A stretch of DNA of 63,914 bases, filler included, from Octopus bimaculoides (lineage: Eukaryota), in NCBI RefSeq assembly GCF_001194135.2. It is 5 parts of 5 records of this genome, joined end to end, with 100 filler letters (N's around TTAATTAATTAA, not from the genome) between each part and the next. Parts side by side here need not be neighbours in the genome. Positions count along the whole stretch, not along the records: positions 1 to 24,314 come from NC_068998.1; 4 more parts are not named here. One strand, written 5' to 3'. Within the stretch, counting starts at the first letter, position 1. The number at the start of each line of letters is the position of its first letter. Position numbers and translations under genes: made by a program. Positions 1 to 13,933 of this stretch are shown piece by piece. Below the pieces are notes generated by a model, which saw only the letters and a list, made by a program, of their open reading frames with translations, was not told where the DNA came from and ran no database searches.

Positions 1-46
1 TATATATATATATATATACATACATACGTACACGCGCGCGCGTATA

Positions 47-350
47 ACGATGAAAGGCAAAGTCGACTTCGGTGGAATTCGAACTCAAAACCTAACAGCA
101 GACGAAATACCGCTAAGCATTTCACCACCTTAATATAATAATATCCTTTCTATTATAGGCACAAGGCCTGAAATTTGCGTGAAGGGTGTAAGTCGATTAC
201 ACCGATCCCAGTGCGTAACTAGTACTTACTTAATCGGCACCGAAAGGTAAAGTCGACTTCGACGGAATTTGAAGTCAGCACGTAGCGACAGACAAGATAG
301 CGCTAAGCATTTCGCCCGGCGTGCTAACGATTCCGCCACTTCACCGCCTT
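47..350 (-). mobile_element. tRNA-derived SINE family B, two adjacent partial copies
   Basis: Reverse complement of the recurrent head 'aaggcggcgagctggcagaatcgttagcacgccgggcgaaatgcttagcggtatttcgtc'; same family at 730, 12551, 39134, 63118, 63290. Confidence 0.85.
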
Positions 351-729
351 AATATAATATAATAATATATAATATAACAAACGCGAATGTCAGTGTGTTA
401 GTGTGTCACACTTCTTCAACTTTACTCCTAAGGCAAATTTAATAGAAGTCACTGTCCGTCACTTTTGTGATCAAAATACATGCGACAGTCAGTAAAATTC
501 CCGAACATCATTTGCGGCGGGACCATATCATGTGTACTGCTGTAATTACAGACAAGTAAACGTGCATATATTGGTTAACAAAATACAAAGATAAATAAAT
601 GTATATTTGTCACAATATTAAATGCTGTTATAATTGATGTCTTTGACGCGTTGTTCTTAGCAGTTGCACCGGAATAACACTCGTGTAGAGAAGAACCTGA
701 TCCTGATCGAAGTTATCGAGGTGTATGCT

Positions 730-980
730 AAGGCTGCGAGACGGAAAAATCGTTAACACATTGGGCTAAATGCTTAGCGGTATTTCGTCTGTTTTTACCT
801 TCAAATGTCTCCTGGATCGACTTTGTTTAGCAGCATTTTGTCCGCCTTTACCTCGAAATGCCGCCTGTGTAGATTTTGACGTTAGCATTTCGGGGTCGAC
901 AAAATAGATACCAGTTGAGCACTAGGATCGATATAATCCACTTTCTCCCTCCATGAATTTGCTGGCCCAAAATTTGAAAC
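730..980 (+). mobile_element. SINE family B, diverged copy
   Basis: aatcgttaacac...aaatgcttagcggtatttcgtc...ggggtcgacaaaatagataccagttgagcact...aaaatttgaaac, matching the other copies. Confidence 0.8.
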
Positions 981-3379
981 TTATTGTGCCCAGGTCAAAC
1001 CAGGTCAAGCAGACATATCATATAAGAAGCAACAAATCTGAACATTTCATATTTTATTATATACAATGTAGGTAGGACTATATCAACCAATGTTAACAAC
1101 ACAATTTTTGTTGTTTTAAAGGATACAAGAATGTTATTTGAACGAAAATATATTTTATTTCTAACAGGTAGGATGTTATTATAATGGCTCCTTTAAAGTC
1201 TTAACTCTTGTTTTACAAATGATCTTTCTGTGCCGAAGGTCAAGTGAAGCAAATAACTAGTACTACTCAACAACAACATTAATAACAGCTACAAGCACAT
1301 CAAGAAAAAATTGGCTTTGTAAGAAAACAATATACGTATTCCTTGCTCTTGTTCTTTGTTTTTATTGTGTTTTAGCTTTTAAATATTCAGTATCCAATAT
1401 AATGCCAGTGTTGACAACACAAACATTAAACAGATAATTCTCATAAAAAAAAAAAAAAATTGAAAATCTCCAAATAAAAAAAAAAAGCACTTGAAAGAGA
1501 AAGATCAATTTTAGATGTTGTTCAGAAGATATAGTTTAGCTGCAAGAAAACAACATTCAAGTTATTTAAATATATTTTTTATATACTAAAATATTAAATT
1601 TAGGCATTCTGTTAAGACATTAAATATAATTTATTATTACCGCAACGTCTATATTTTCCATATATCANNNNNNNNNNNNNNNNNNNNNNNNNNNNNNNNN
1701 NNNNNNNNNNNNNNNNNNNNNNNNNNNNNNNNNNNNNNNNNNNNNNNNNNNNNNNNNNNNNNNNNNNNNNNNNNNNNNNNNNNNNNNNNNNNNNNNNNNN
1801 NNNNNNNNNNNNNNNNNNNNNNNNNNNNNNNNNNNNNNNNNNNNNNNNNNNNNNNNNNNNNNNNNNNNNNNNNNNNNNNNNNNNNNNNNNNNNNNNNNNN
1901 NNNNNNNNNNNNNNNNNNNNNNTATATATACTTACATAAAACAATAGTTTAGAATATATATCATGAAATACAATACGACAGATCTCAAAATACTAACGTT
2001 TACGGTTTTATAACACGTAGATAAACTGAATTACAAAACATCCGAGGAATAAATAAATGAACGACAATTCATGTGTGTGTGTGTGGGGGTGCGTGCGAGT
2101 GTGTGTGCGTGTGTGCGTGCGTGCATGTGTGCGCGTTTGTGTATACATGTGATAGTAAAATGTCGAATATATACTAAGTGTCCAAATTGGTGAAAAACAG
2201 AGCACAGTGGGGAAATTTCATCTAGCATATTATGTACTTGCCTTGATAAGATCACAAGTTATAAAACTGGTCTGAATTTTTATTTTACTTCAGATCTTCA
2301 ACATTAGACTACGTTGCTACGGTGTAAAATGTTCAGTTAAAAAATATCCTGATCTTTGTTCGTAGCTATCAACATCAGTTTACAATGTAGAGCACCAATG
2401 TTTTCCTAGCCAGAAGTTTACGCAATATCCAATAAACAGTTTAAAGTTGTATTCTATATAGTCAAAGTGAATCAAAATTCAGTTCGCTCTATTTACTCAC
2501 GCATGTGTATGCCTATGTAAACACATGCAACCTATCTTTCTACATACATATTTGGGTGTGCAACTGTTTGCACATGAGTGTATATGTATGTATATATGCA
2601 TGTATTTATGTATGCATACCAATATATAATTGATGTACGAATGTATATACAATATCTATTTCACAATCAATCATGTTTTCGCACACTTGCTGGCTCCATA
2701 AAAGTTTGGCCGATAGTTTGTGCCGTGGGTGTTGGAATTTGTCCAATGAAGTACACTCCAGGGAATAATTCCCGGTATATAAAACTTTCAGGAAGCGTCA
2801 TCGTAATTCAATTCTTCCATCTATAACCGCAACCAGACTGTTGCTTAATTTTCATACTTAGCACTATTATGACTGTTGAACTTCAGGAAACAGAGCATTT
2901 GTAGTTAGGGATGAACAAAAACGCACGTATGTGCAGATGCAAATACACATCTATTTCAAGACATATTTTAATATATTATCTAAACACATGTGTATATATA
3001 TATATATATATATANNNNNNNNNNNNNNNNNNNNNNNNNNNNNNNNNNNNNNNNNNNNNNNNNNNNNNNNNNNNNNNNNNNNNNNNNNNNNNNNNNNNNN
3101 NNNNNNNNNNNNNNNNNNNNNNNNNNNNNNNNNNNNNNNNNNNNNNNNNNNNNNNNNNNNNNNNNNNNNNNNNNNNNNNNNNNNNNNNNNNNNNNNNNNN
3201 NNNNNNNNNNNNNNNNNNNNNNNNNNNNNNNNNNNNNNNNNNNNNNNNNNNNNNNNNNNNNNNNNNNNNNNNNNNNNNNNNNNNNNNNNNNNNNNNNNNN
3301 NNNNNNNNNNNNNNNNNNNNNNNNNNNNNNNNNNNNNNNNNNNNNNNNNNNNNNNNNNNNNNNNNNNNNNNNNNNNNNN

Positions 3380-3424
<45 letters not shown>

Positions 3425-3425
<1 letters not shown>

Positions 3426-3646
3426 ACGAGGGGGGTGCTGAAATGTTCTTTGCTTTAAGGGTATTGTGAAAAGCCTGAATGGACGCCCCACATTCCGAGT
3501 TCTTTTACAGTACTTAGAAAACTGAGGCACCACTGCAATAAATATGTGAATCTGAGAGGGGAAATATATCGAATGAAATTATAATTAACTTATCTTCCTG
3601 TATTTTCTTTTACCCATGGCCAAGCCCTTTTCCTCACACCCTAGTA
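3425..3646. mobile_element. mariner-type MITE (~220 bp)
   Basis: Left end TAcgagggggtgctgaaatgttct, degenerate right end aagcccttttcctcacaccctagTA; internal sequence shared with 9476-9680 and 41348-41460. Confidence 0.75.
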
Positions 3647-4376
3647 TATGCTCGATTAAATGCTTCGCTGCATTTCTTCCGGGTTTACGTCCTGTGTTAA
3701 AATTCCGCCAAGTTCTCCTGAGACGATGAAATATATGTCACTAAAGAACTGAGATTAATATAATCGACTGACCCCCTTCCCCAAAATTTCAGGCCTTGTA
3801 CCTATAATAGAAAGAAATATGAAAAAAATAATTCATATTCGATTACTTACTTGTGTAAATCGTATATATGAGCTAATTTTTCTAATGTAAGCATATTTAG
3901 CAGTTACACATTCCATTGGAAACTATTATAATATCAATTTTTTCTTTGAAAATCTTCAGATAATTTGTAAAATTCGCACTAGATTACTAGTGAAAATTAA
4001 CTCGTACCTACCATTTCTTAAATCAAACGCACCTGCGTGAAATTCACTCATTCATATGTTGTCAATCACCAGAACTAACGCACGCCGCTATGAATGAATA
4101 ATATTACGTTCCAGGAAACATTACATGAATGTATATACACACACACGAGTGCGCGCACCCCCACACACATACTCACATACGCACACACTTGGTACGACAG
4201 TTATTTGGGGATATTTAACCTTGAGTATATACCTCTTTTCAAACTAATTAAAAAAATTTATTGTTATTCCTTGCACATCTTCCGGGGCTGAAAATTTGCT
4301 AGTATTAGAAAACAAAAACAAAACATGCCATATATGCAGAACACAATCGTTTAAAAAAGTGTGCACCTTCCTAAAT

Positions 4377-4607
4377 GTTGCAAGAACATTTTTACACAAA
4401 GCTCTAATGGAAATGGAAGCCTCTGCAGGGAATGTTTCAACAGAAATAAAGGCAATAATGCATTCTAAAATTTCCGACACTATAAGGACACCGCAATTTA
4501 GCTAACGGGTTGAAAGCATCATCGATGATAGCCCTGAAAAATCAATGAGGGCCATCTGCTAAAGATTTAGTTGTCGGAGTGGGCTATCAGAACTGTGATG
4601 CACAAGT
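4377..4607 (+). mobile_element. Tc1/mariner (maT-like) transposase HTH fragment, disrupted
   Basis: Translation VARTFLHKALMEMEASAGNVST...HSKISDTIRTPQFS*RVESIIDDSPEKSMRAI resembles the DNA-binding region of DD37D-type transposases; stop and frameshift present. Confidence 0.65.
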
Positions 4608-4948
4608 AGTACGGACAATTTATGTTTTCAAAGATACAGCGAAAACGTTTAGATCCGTGTCAAGTGGTTACAAGAAAATGTAATGCTTTGCTACTCAGCT
4701 GATTTTATTTATTGCTAAACCAGAGGAGAGACTGCAGGAGAGATCATGTTTCTTTTTTCTGCGCTCTTAATTTAGAGAATTAAGACAGAAATTTTCCGCT
4801 GCCTAGTGCCGAGCACCAGCTTCGTGGTAAAGAGTTGCCAATACTAAATCTCCGCAGCCAGGAAACGATTGCTCCAACCTCCTCTCAAAAATAGCAAAAG
4901 CGCTGCATCGTATGGGCTTACAACAATTTTGTTTCTGATAAATTTAAT

Positions 4949-5349
4949 GAGTGGCTGTGTGGTAAGTAGCTTGCTTACGAACCACATGGTTCCGGGTTCA
5001 GTCCCACTGCGTGGCACCTTGGGCAAGTGTCTTCTACTATAGCCTCGGGCCGACCAAAGCCTTGTGAGTGGATTTGGTAGACGGAAACTGAAAGCCCGTC
5101 GTATATATGTATATATATATGTGTATGTGTGTATATGTTGTGTATCTGTGTTTGTCCCCCCAACATCGCTTGACAACCGATGCTGCTGTGCTTAGGTCTC
5201 CGTAACTTAGCGGTTCGGCAAAAAGAGACCGATAGAATAAGTACTAGGCTTACAAAGAATAAGTCCTGGGGTCGATTTGATTCGACTAAAGGCGGTGCTC
5301 CAGCATGGCCGCAGTCAAATGACTGAAACAAGTAAAAGAATAAAAGAAT
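4949..5349 (+). mobile_element. tRNA-derived SINE family A, near full length
   Basis: gagtggctgtgtggtaagtagcttgc...ggttccgggttcagtcccactgcgtggcaccttgggcaagtgtcttc head (A/B-box-like) to gactgaaacaagtaaaagaataaaaga tail; many copies in the window. Confidence 0.9.
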
Positions 5350-7084
5350 AGCGAGATTTGGGCTTAACTCTTTGGTGGAGTACAATTATTCCAACTTTCT
5401 TATAAATGCGATCGAACCTAGAACCTTGTCCATCGTACAGCTATGTCTACACCCGATATAAAAACGTACGATTGCCAACAAAATGTGTGCCATGTGTAAC
5501 ATGCAATCAAAATGATATCGAAACCCTTTGGTATTCTACTGGTATAACGGAGGGGGGATAAAAAGAAGTAAAGGGAAGAGAGATACGGGATAAAAGGCAG
5601 AACAGTATTGCTACAGTAGTATTTCAAATACATTCATAACATTAAACTGTTTTCTTCCAGCGTAAAATCTGTGAAATATTTCGTCGTTGTAATGTGACAG
5701 CTGATTAGAAAACAGGAGCAAATAAATTCCGTCATTCCAGAAGAAATTTTATTGGTGTAATTTGTATTACACGTTTGTTGTAAATGTTGGCATGATTTAT
5801 AATAATTCGGGCCAATTTATTTTCAAAGATTACTATTGTGAGACTGAGTAGTAGTAAAATGTCACATTTAAATAATTTTATGTCGGTTTTATGCTACTGT
5901 GTATAATAGAATATATCTATAGAATTTCACTTACAACACGTTTGTAAATTTAAACAGAGAACAAATACAAACAAGTTGTCTTTTATACAAGATTATCGTG
6001 GCGAGAGAAGAAATGGAATCAGTTGGATTCGTTTCATTGTCGTCTAGTAATAGAATAACTCTCAGACGTTCCTTGTTTTATATGAATTTGTTCTTTCTAT
6101 TGTATCGCACGCATGGCAAATTAGAGACCTCACATAGTGGAATTCTGTTTTAAGCACGACATATAAACGCTGCATTAGTTTTTTTTTTGTTTAATTTTTG
6201 GAATTTTTCAGAAAAATTTTGTAAATTTGTATTCTACCCTCCGGCATTCACAAGACAATTAAAAAATATTTGATTTTTCGAAATTTTTTAAGAAAACATA
6301 TTTTACTTTTACGTTTTCGAATTTTTTTAAATCAAACTTGGACAGTCCCTATTTTTGGCTTAAATCCCAGCAACAGACCATTAAATGTGTTCATGGGGAG
6401 AAAGATATCGAAAGACACCAATATGTAAGACTGACAAATAAGTGAGGAGGCTATGTGGTGGTCATGAGATGTACTAAAACAAACAGTTAAATAGCCATTA
6501 AATCACGCAGCAAATGTTTTTTTGTTATTTTAGTTTTTGCCTAATCACATGAATTCCGCGTGTAGAAAAAAAATTCCCGAAAATTTTCTGAAGATTTCAA
6601 AACATAAAATAAGGTATAAGGAGTTATATGTTGTATGTAAAGCAGGACTCCGCCAAAGTAATCAATGGATTTTAATCTGATAAAAATAGCTCCTAAATTA
6701 CTCTTAAACCACAACCGCTATCTTAAACAGCGTAAAGATACCTCTGAAATTATAGGCCTTGATATACAAAAGTGGTTGGGATAAGCGTGATTAAAATGCT
6801 TTTGTTAATAACTGGAACATGCATACGTACCAACAAATGCTTTCCTCGGTTTGTATTCCATCCAACGTGACTAACAATTTTAACATTCAAATGAATAATT
6901 AAAACAAAATTAATTATTAATCTAAATGTTAATGGATTTAGACATGTCTATTTCCTTACATGTGTCGATATACATATGTATAGGGATGTTTTTAGATACA
7001 TAAAAGAGGTATAACCAATGCGGGCAAGCCACATCATATTAGAAAAAAGCCAGAAAACCGATTTCTTTCTTCTATTTCCAACAA

Positions 7085-9010
7085 TCTTCTTACAATATAC
7101 AATAATAGATATCCGTCTCTGATTTGTTGCCGACTTTCTTAATGAGTATATCTAGAAATAGTAGTTTTTCCTGGTTATGTTCTATCGTGAATTGGATGTT
7201 TTCATTAATTCCATTTAGTAGTATTTTAAATTCCTCAAGTTTTTCTATACTTTCATCCCAGAGGATGAAGCAGTCATCGAGATATCTTTTCCAGTTGTTC
7301 TAGATATAGGTGGAGAAAGAGTTTCCATATTTCTCGAGTGTTTTCGGGTAGAGTATTATTTCGAGGTAGCCCATTATTAGGTTGGTGAAAGAAGGTGCAG
7401 TACGTGTATCCACGGCTGTTCCCGATCTTTGTCTGTAGTAGTCTTTATTAAATATAAAGTATTTGTTTTCTAAGATGAATCTCAGTCCTATTATGAGTTC
7501 TTTATTTATGCGAGCTGGAGTAGTTGTTTAGCCAGAAAGTGATCGCTTCTATTCCTAGGGTATGGGGGATGTTTGAATAAAGGTTAACTACTTCGAAGGA
7601 TACTAGCATGGCTTTCTCATTGACTGTTTTTGGGAGGTGGTTAAGCATATCTAGATCGTCTCTTATGTAGCGTTTGCCGTGCTTAAGGAACGGTTTCAGA
7701 AGTGTGTCTAAGAAGTTGCTGAGGCGGTGAGTTTCGCATGCTGGGCCTGCTATTATCGGTCTCAGTTTAAGATCATTCGGTGAGGGGATTTTATGATTAT
7801 GTCAGTAGTTTGTGCATGCTTCACTAATTATTTTGCTTTTGTGGACTTTAAGGATTTACACTTGAAGTTGTTGGTGATGTAATCGTACTCGTTGTCTGTG
7901 AGTCCTTCTCGGTATGAGTTGATTAATGTCCTGAGGTTATTCATTATTTTTGGTTGATTATAATGTTGGGCCCTTTCGTAGTATCTCTCATCTCCTAATA
8001 GGGATAGTACTACTTTTTTATAAACATTTGTGTTCATTAATACTACCGCGTTGCCTTTATCTGCCTTCTTGATTGATATGGTTTTATCTTCTCTTAGTTT
8101 GACGAGGTCGTTCCATTCTGTTTTGTTGAAGTTTGGTCTGTATTTTTGCTTATTTTTGAGTTGAAAAAGGAAATTGATTATGTGGTCACAAAAGTGGTCT
8201 AAGGCTTTATTCTTTCCCTTGGTAGGGGTGTAGTCGCTGTTGTTTCTAGCTATTGATTCGTCATCCATGTGTTTGCCATGCAATTCTTCGGCAAGTCTCA
8301 ATTTCCTACAAAATTCCGAAATATCGTCTTTCATTTCATAGTAATTTGGACGTTGTGGGTTTGGGGTAAATTTAAGTCCTTTGGATAGTATGCTTATTTC
8401 GTTGGGTGTAAGGTCTTTATTTGTATTTGTAATGTTAATATTATTGCGTTCCTCCCATGTGTTCCTTCCATTTGTTGCTCTTGTTTTGTCAAGTTTCTAA
8501 AGAATGTCTTGTATCGCATAGATTTCCAAGATCCTCGTACATTTCGGAGGGTGGTTTCTTCGTTTCGGTTTCTTCATTATTTTGTGTAAAAGTAAGAGGT
8601 GTTGAGATGAGTTTGTTTAAGACTGTTATTAGGTTTGAGTTTATGCTCTGCAGTTCTTTTAGTATCTCTTCATTTATAGAGATGATGTTGGTGTCTGTTT
8701 TAGTTGGCATTTTCGGAAGCTCGCACGTGATATGATATTTATAAATATGATATTNNNNNNNNNNTATATATATATATATATATAGTCAATGCAAACCTGA
8801 ACAAGTAAGAAAAATTCAACAACTCTAGGACGTGGAATGAGTACATTGTTATTGAACACTCAGGAAAGGAAAGAAAAGAAAGAGGATTTCACGTTTCCAG
8901 CGGAGCTCTTCATCAGAAATATAGAAAAAGTCTAAAGAAGGGAAGACGGACAAAGAAAATCGCCAACGATACACACGCGGTTACATATTGAAATGACCGG
9001 AAGGGAAAGG
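7085..9010 (-). mobile_element. Penelope-like retroelement (PLE): degraded RT ORF, 3'-truncated, with upstream terminal-repeat region
   Basis: Minus-strand motifs LSKGLKFTPNP, LRLAEE, IKKADKGNAVVLMN, LRPIIAGPACETHRLSNFLD, VSFEVVNLYSNIP, KRYLDDCFILW; frameshifts and stops; GIY-YIG domain not reached; HHR motif upstream of the ORF. Confidence 0.9.
8886..8920 (-). ncRNA. Minimal type I hammerhead ribozyme motif of the PLE (probably inactive copy)
   Basis: Minus strand: ATTT-CTGATGA-A-GAGC-TCC-GCTG-GAAAC-GT-G-AAAT. Stem I ATTT/AAAT; stem II has one mismatch; cleavage triplet is GUG, which breaks the NUH rule. Confidence 0.75.
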
Positions 9011-9475
9011 GTGAAGAAAAAGTTATTTTCAAAAACAGGAGAGTGCAAGAGAAGGAGGTATGTGTGTGTATGTGTGGGTATATGCGTGCGCGCTGGTCTG
9101 TGTGTGCGTGTAATGATAGCACGTGTATGTGTGTGTGTGGTTCTGGCTGGACTTAGTGTCGTTTAAGGTCATAGGAAGAATTTATAGTAAGAATTTTGGT
9201 AGGAGTGGCTGCCTGTTGTGTCTACCTACACATCTGCGTAGGAGAATGGTCAGTAGAAAGGTACTGGTAGTTTGAAGTATGTGTCTGTGCGTATTTGTAT
9301 ATGTAGTGTGTGTGTGTGTGTGTTTGGTTTGTTGTGTATGTATGTATGTGTACATGTGGGTATGTGTGTACGCGTGAGGTTGTGTCTGGGGAGTAATTGT
9401 ACTTTACTCTGTGTGTATGTGCGTGTGTGTGTGTACATGTATGTATAATCGTGTGCGTGTATGTATGAGTGTGTG

Positions 9476-9680
9476 CTGGGTTGCTGAAAAGTTACTTTAA
9501 GGGTATCGTGTTTGGGGTCCCAACCTCCCGAGTTCTTTTACGGGGCTTAGGGAAAACTGAAGGACCGCTGCAATAAGTATGTGAATCTGAGAGGGGAATA
9601 TATTGAACAAAATCATAATTAACTGATTCCACAGTATTTTCTTTTACCCAAAGCTAGGAACTTTTCAGCACGCCTTCGCA
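9476..9680. mobile_element. mariner-type MITE, same family as 3425-3646
   Basis: gggttgctgaaaagtt...aaagctaggaacttttcagcacgcc inverted ends; shared core gcaataagtatgtgaatctgagagggg. Confidence 0.75.
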
Positions 9681-11647
9681 TCTATATATATATATATTAT
9701 ACTGTGAAAAGTAGACACTTTAATCATTTTTTAGGTTATACTGACACGGAATACAAAAGACGGATTAACTAGATATTCGACGGTTTGAGCGAGACTCGTT
9801 TACAAAAGTGGCTAAGTTTCTCCTAAATACTTACACATGCATATCTAAGCAATTGTACATGCATACATTTACACAAGCATCACACACATGCTAACTGAAA
9901 AACGCCGGCATTGCGCTTTATATTGAAATTGTATTCTAAAAGGAAATAATAATTTACTTCCCTGTGACTAAGTGATTATACGATGTTTCAGCCGTTTAAG
10001 TTTATATCCATCGAATAATCTAATTGCTAAGCATAGACAAATTGTATTTGCTAATTTATCATTTATAAGCCGGCATGCTATTCGGCGGAGAAATTATATT
10101 TGTTACACTTAACGGTTATAGAAACTGAAATTTGTGCCCACGCCAGGAAGGAAGTGTCGAAGAAGGATTATTTCTTCTATCGAAACTATAGAAAGCATAG
10201 ATGTCTATTTATTTATTTGCGTTGGTGTTGCTCTTACATGATGTGCTCATGTATGTAGTAGCACAAACTGTGCACATAATGATTAATAATTACATGTTTC
10301 CATGGCACTTAATGAATGAGAGATTAATCTCACTTCAAGACTGACGTGGTCAGTTACTGGTTCTATAAACAAAGGCTAGGAAGGATTAAATATATTGTCC
10401 CTGAAACAAAATTTTAAATCTTGCGTGTAAATTTAACCTCAATGCCTAAAAGAAAACAATGTGATGTCTACTGTGTATTAATGTTCTATTTTAGCCCCCA
10501 TTAATCCTGACCAAGCGCCTTTAGGTTTAAAACACATTCCAGCTATGATCATCTCGCTCTTTTATGAATTATATGATTTGAAGATTTAGATTGTTATTTC
10601 TTTTTCCATTTTCAGACCTCTTCAGGACACTGCCTACAAGTGTCTAATGTAAATAAACATTCTGATGTAATTAATATATTATATCTGAAAACAACGATGC
10701 TGTTGTTTGCCGTTAAACCAGAAATGAATAGCAACATCCCAACAACAACAATACTGGTTAGCATTTTTTTACAGGCATAATGTATATGAAGCTACGTGGT
10801 CAGCTAAATTTTAACATCACATAGTGTCGTTTAATATAAATGCATAACACATTGCCTATGGTAGTTTTACCTAACTGAATGGGATAACCATAGCTATAGT
10901 GAGTTTGAACTTTTCCTTTGCGTCTAAGGATACCAATCTAGTACTCTGCCTCAACTAGTTGTTCCACAGTCATATTTAGCCTGCCTTGCCATCTGATTTA
11001 GAGTCGAATTCTCATGATATGCTATGCAGGCCCGTTACCAGATTTTGGTGCCCAAGAGTGCTTCAGAATATTCTGGGTGGGGACTAATTTTATTGCGGGA
11101 AAATTTCTTAAACTTCATTTTCTATATCTGAGAGTGCACAATTTAATAGAGAAGGGACAATGCCGCCCATTGTTCCCCTTAGTGTTTGGCGTGTTAGACT
11201 TCAAGAAACATATTTCATGAAAATTTTTGTAAATTGTATTTTCTAAATTTGAGAGCACACTATGGAATAGTGAGGGTGTAGTGCTGTCCAGTGCTCCACC
11301 CTACCTATGAGCATGAGGCTTTGTGCGACGGCTGTTTGGTGTTCATTGGGTTATTGTTAAATGTATCACATAAGTCAGACAATACTGTCTCGACAACCTC
11401 TGTTTATCTGAGAAAGGATGTGTGTATATAGCTTCTCAAACTATCAGAATTGGCAACAATTTCTCCTAAAACCGTTTTCTAATGTCCTTTAAACAAGGTT
11501 ACATTCCACGATGTAACTCTATACACATTATGTCTGTAAAAAAATGAACCGGTATAGTCGTTGTTAGAATACTCTTTTCCATAGACCTCCTCAGTCATTT
11601 CTGGTTTGACGCTGAACAACAGTATTGGTGTGTTCATACACAATATA

Positions 11648-11840
11648 TTGGTTTCAAATTTTAGTACAAGGCCATCAATTTTGAGGGTGGGGATAATTCA
11701 ATTACATCAACCCCAGTGCTCAACTAGTACGTATTTTATTGACCCTGAAACGATGAAAAACAAAGCCGAACACAAAGGAATTCAAAATCATAACATAAAA
11801 ACGGACGAAATGCCACTAAGCATTTTCCTTGCTGTCCTAA
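11648..11840 (-). mobile_element. SINE family B, diverged
   Basis: ggtttcaaattttagtacaaggcc...gacgaaatgccactaagcattt, reverse of the family consensus seen elsewhere in the window. Confidence 0.7.
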
Positions 11841-12550
11841 AGCTTATACACAATAATATTAACTGCATAACATAATTATTTACAGTACACACTAGTAGGC
11901 AGTTTTCTGAAGAGCTCTAAACAAGAAGTAATCAGCAGAGACACTGGTGCTGTGCTGTTTTCTTTATTTCCTGAAAAATGTAGTTGAATTTAACTGGCAC
12001 ATTTCGGTTCACAAAATTTCTATAGGCATTGTATGGAGATATTTCATGTTTTCAGCTCCAGTAAGATGCTACACAAATTAGACCCCATATTAAGAATCTA
12101 TCAGAATGCTAATATTTATGTTGATTTTCAAATCTTCTCTAATAAACTTCATTAAACCACTTTGCATTTAACACGGCTCCAGTGCACAGATCATTAGGCA
12201 TAAATCATCAGTAAAACTTTGATAAGCATGAATTCATTGTAATTAAATGGACGTTTTAATTAACACAATTTAATCAAGTCTGAACAAATGAAAATTATGT
12301 TCCTCCTGACAAAAGTCAGATAATATATTTATAAATTCTTCTGTAATGTTTGCATTATACATTTCTCCAAAACATTGACAGAATACATTTGAATAGTTTA
12401 AATTCCCAGAACATCGAAAATAATGGTTATTTCAATGTATGTGCCTTACATATTTTTTCTTATTATTACAAGATTACAAAGTGTTTCTGTTTTTTTTTTC
12501 TTTGTTTAAAATATTTAATTTATGCTATATTAGATTGCAAAATATTGATA

Positions 12551-12917
12551 GTAAATTTTGGCACTAGGACAGCAATTTCGTGGGAGTGAGTATGACAATT
12601 ACATTGACTCTAGTGTTCAACTGCTACATATTACATCCATCCCAAAAGGATGGAAGGAGAATTTAACAATGGCGGAATTTGAACTTGCCGGAATTTGAAC
12701 TTGGCGGAATTTGAACCTCGCGAAATTTGAACTCACAAAAGACGGACTCACGATAAAGACAGGCTCACATGATAAAGACGGACTCACACGATAAGGACGG
12801 ACTCACACGATAAGGACGGACTCACACATAAAGACGGACTCACAACGTAAAGACGGTCTCAATGCCACTAAGTATGTTGCGAGGCGTGCTAACGACTCTA
12901 TCAGCTCGTGCCGCCTT
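12551..12917 (-). mobile_element. SINE family B with two internal tandem expansions
   Basis: Family B flanks enclose ~4 copies of ggcggaatttgaact(t) (12671-12732) and ~7 copies of ataaagacggactcacac(g) (12733-12860). Confidence 0.8.
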
Positions 12918-13757
12918 GAGTTACCTCAGTATTAAACATTGTTAAAATATCGTTAATATACTGTTTATTTAATGACTAATATATCAAGTTCTTGTCCGTT
13001 CTGAGTACAAATGCCACCTAGACAGACTTTGCTTTTCAACTTGCGATCACGATAAAATAGGTACCAGTTGAACTCTTGGGTTGATGTAATCGATTTCACA
13101 CCTTCCTCAAAATTGTTGGCCTTGTGCCAACATTTGAAACCAATTGTCAAGTTCTGGAAAAGAAACTTTCATAAAATAAGGTATTCCGATATAATTATTC
13201 CCCACAAACAATGACTATGATGAATTTTACTTTAATACTGGTTTCATTCAATGTTTACGTTTTCTAAGATAATCTGTTACTTTACATTGTTTAGACCATA
13301 TAGTAGCTCTCTTGTTCTTTTGGCACACAATTGCAAATTCACGTGTTTGTCTACATACAGACTGCATGATTATTAGCATAAACCTTAATTGATTTTAATA
13401 TCTGCTTCCGAATGAGGTGCATTAATCTGCTTGGTTTTGTACATGTGTTGTGCTATGTTTATTCAATATTTCTACTTCCTGTTCGATGTGATTTAGCATG
13501 AAGCCCTAAAAAGGGAATTGTTCCAACAATATATAAATATGCATTAGCTAAGGAAAGAGCGTTCATAAAGCCTATGAGGTTGCTTTACTAGAGATAAAAG
13601 TCAAATCTTTCTGAGGTTATATCGTACTATCTTAAAGATCAAAGATATGTAGGATATTTTTATCCATATGATGCGGAGTAGACTAAAGTCAGAATTTGTA
13701 TAACTGAATCGCTTTCCATCAAAGGTCTACGCAACCAAGATTCGCCTGACATAAATT

Positions 13758-13802
<45 letters not shown>

Positions 13803-13817
13803 CACTACTACTACTAC
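13758..13817. repeat. (TAC)n microsatellite
   Basis: Direct reading, ~20 units. Confidence 0.95.
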
Positions 13818-13933
13818 TTGGTAAAATCTAGAAATGGAGGAATACAATGTCCATGTATCAGCATTATTATTTTGACGCCTGAATGTTTCATGATCTTACA
13901 TTTGATCAAAAACCGAGTACAAAACATTGATAT

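Noticed and set aside
2203-2209. CACAGTG (RSS heptamer / Transib-like terminus)
   Set aside because: No matching opposite end, nonamer or transposase found; a 7-mer is expected by chance.
2640-2830. GC-richer segment with several open frames
   Set aside because: No convincing splice-site pair and no recognisable protein motif.
4949-5030. tRNA-like sequence with A/B boxes
   Set aside because: SINE head continuing into the SINE body; no complete cloverleaf. The same applies to other copies.
12733-12860. Regular short repeats resembling a CRISPR array
   Set aside because: No unique spacers and no cas genes; tandem expansion inside a eukaryotic SINE.
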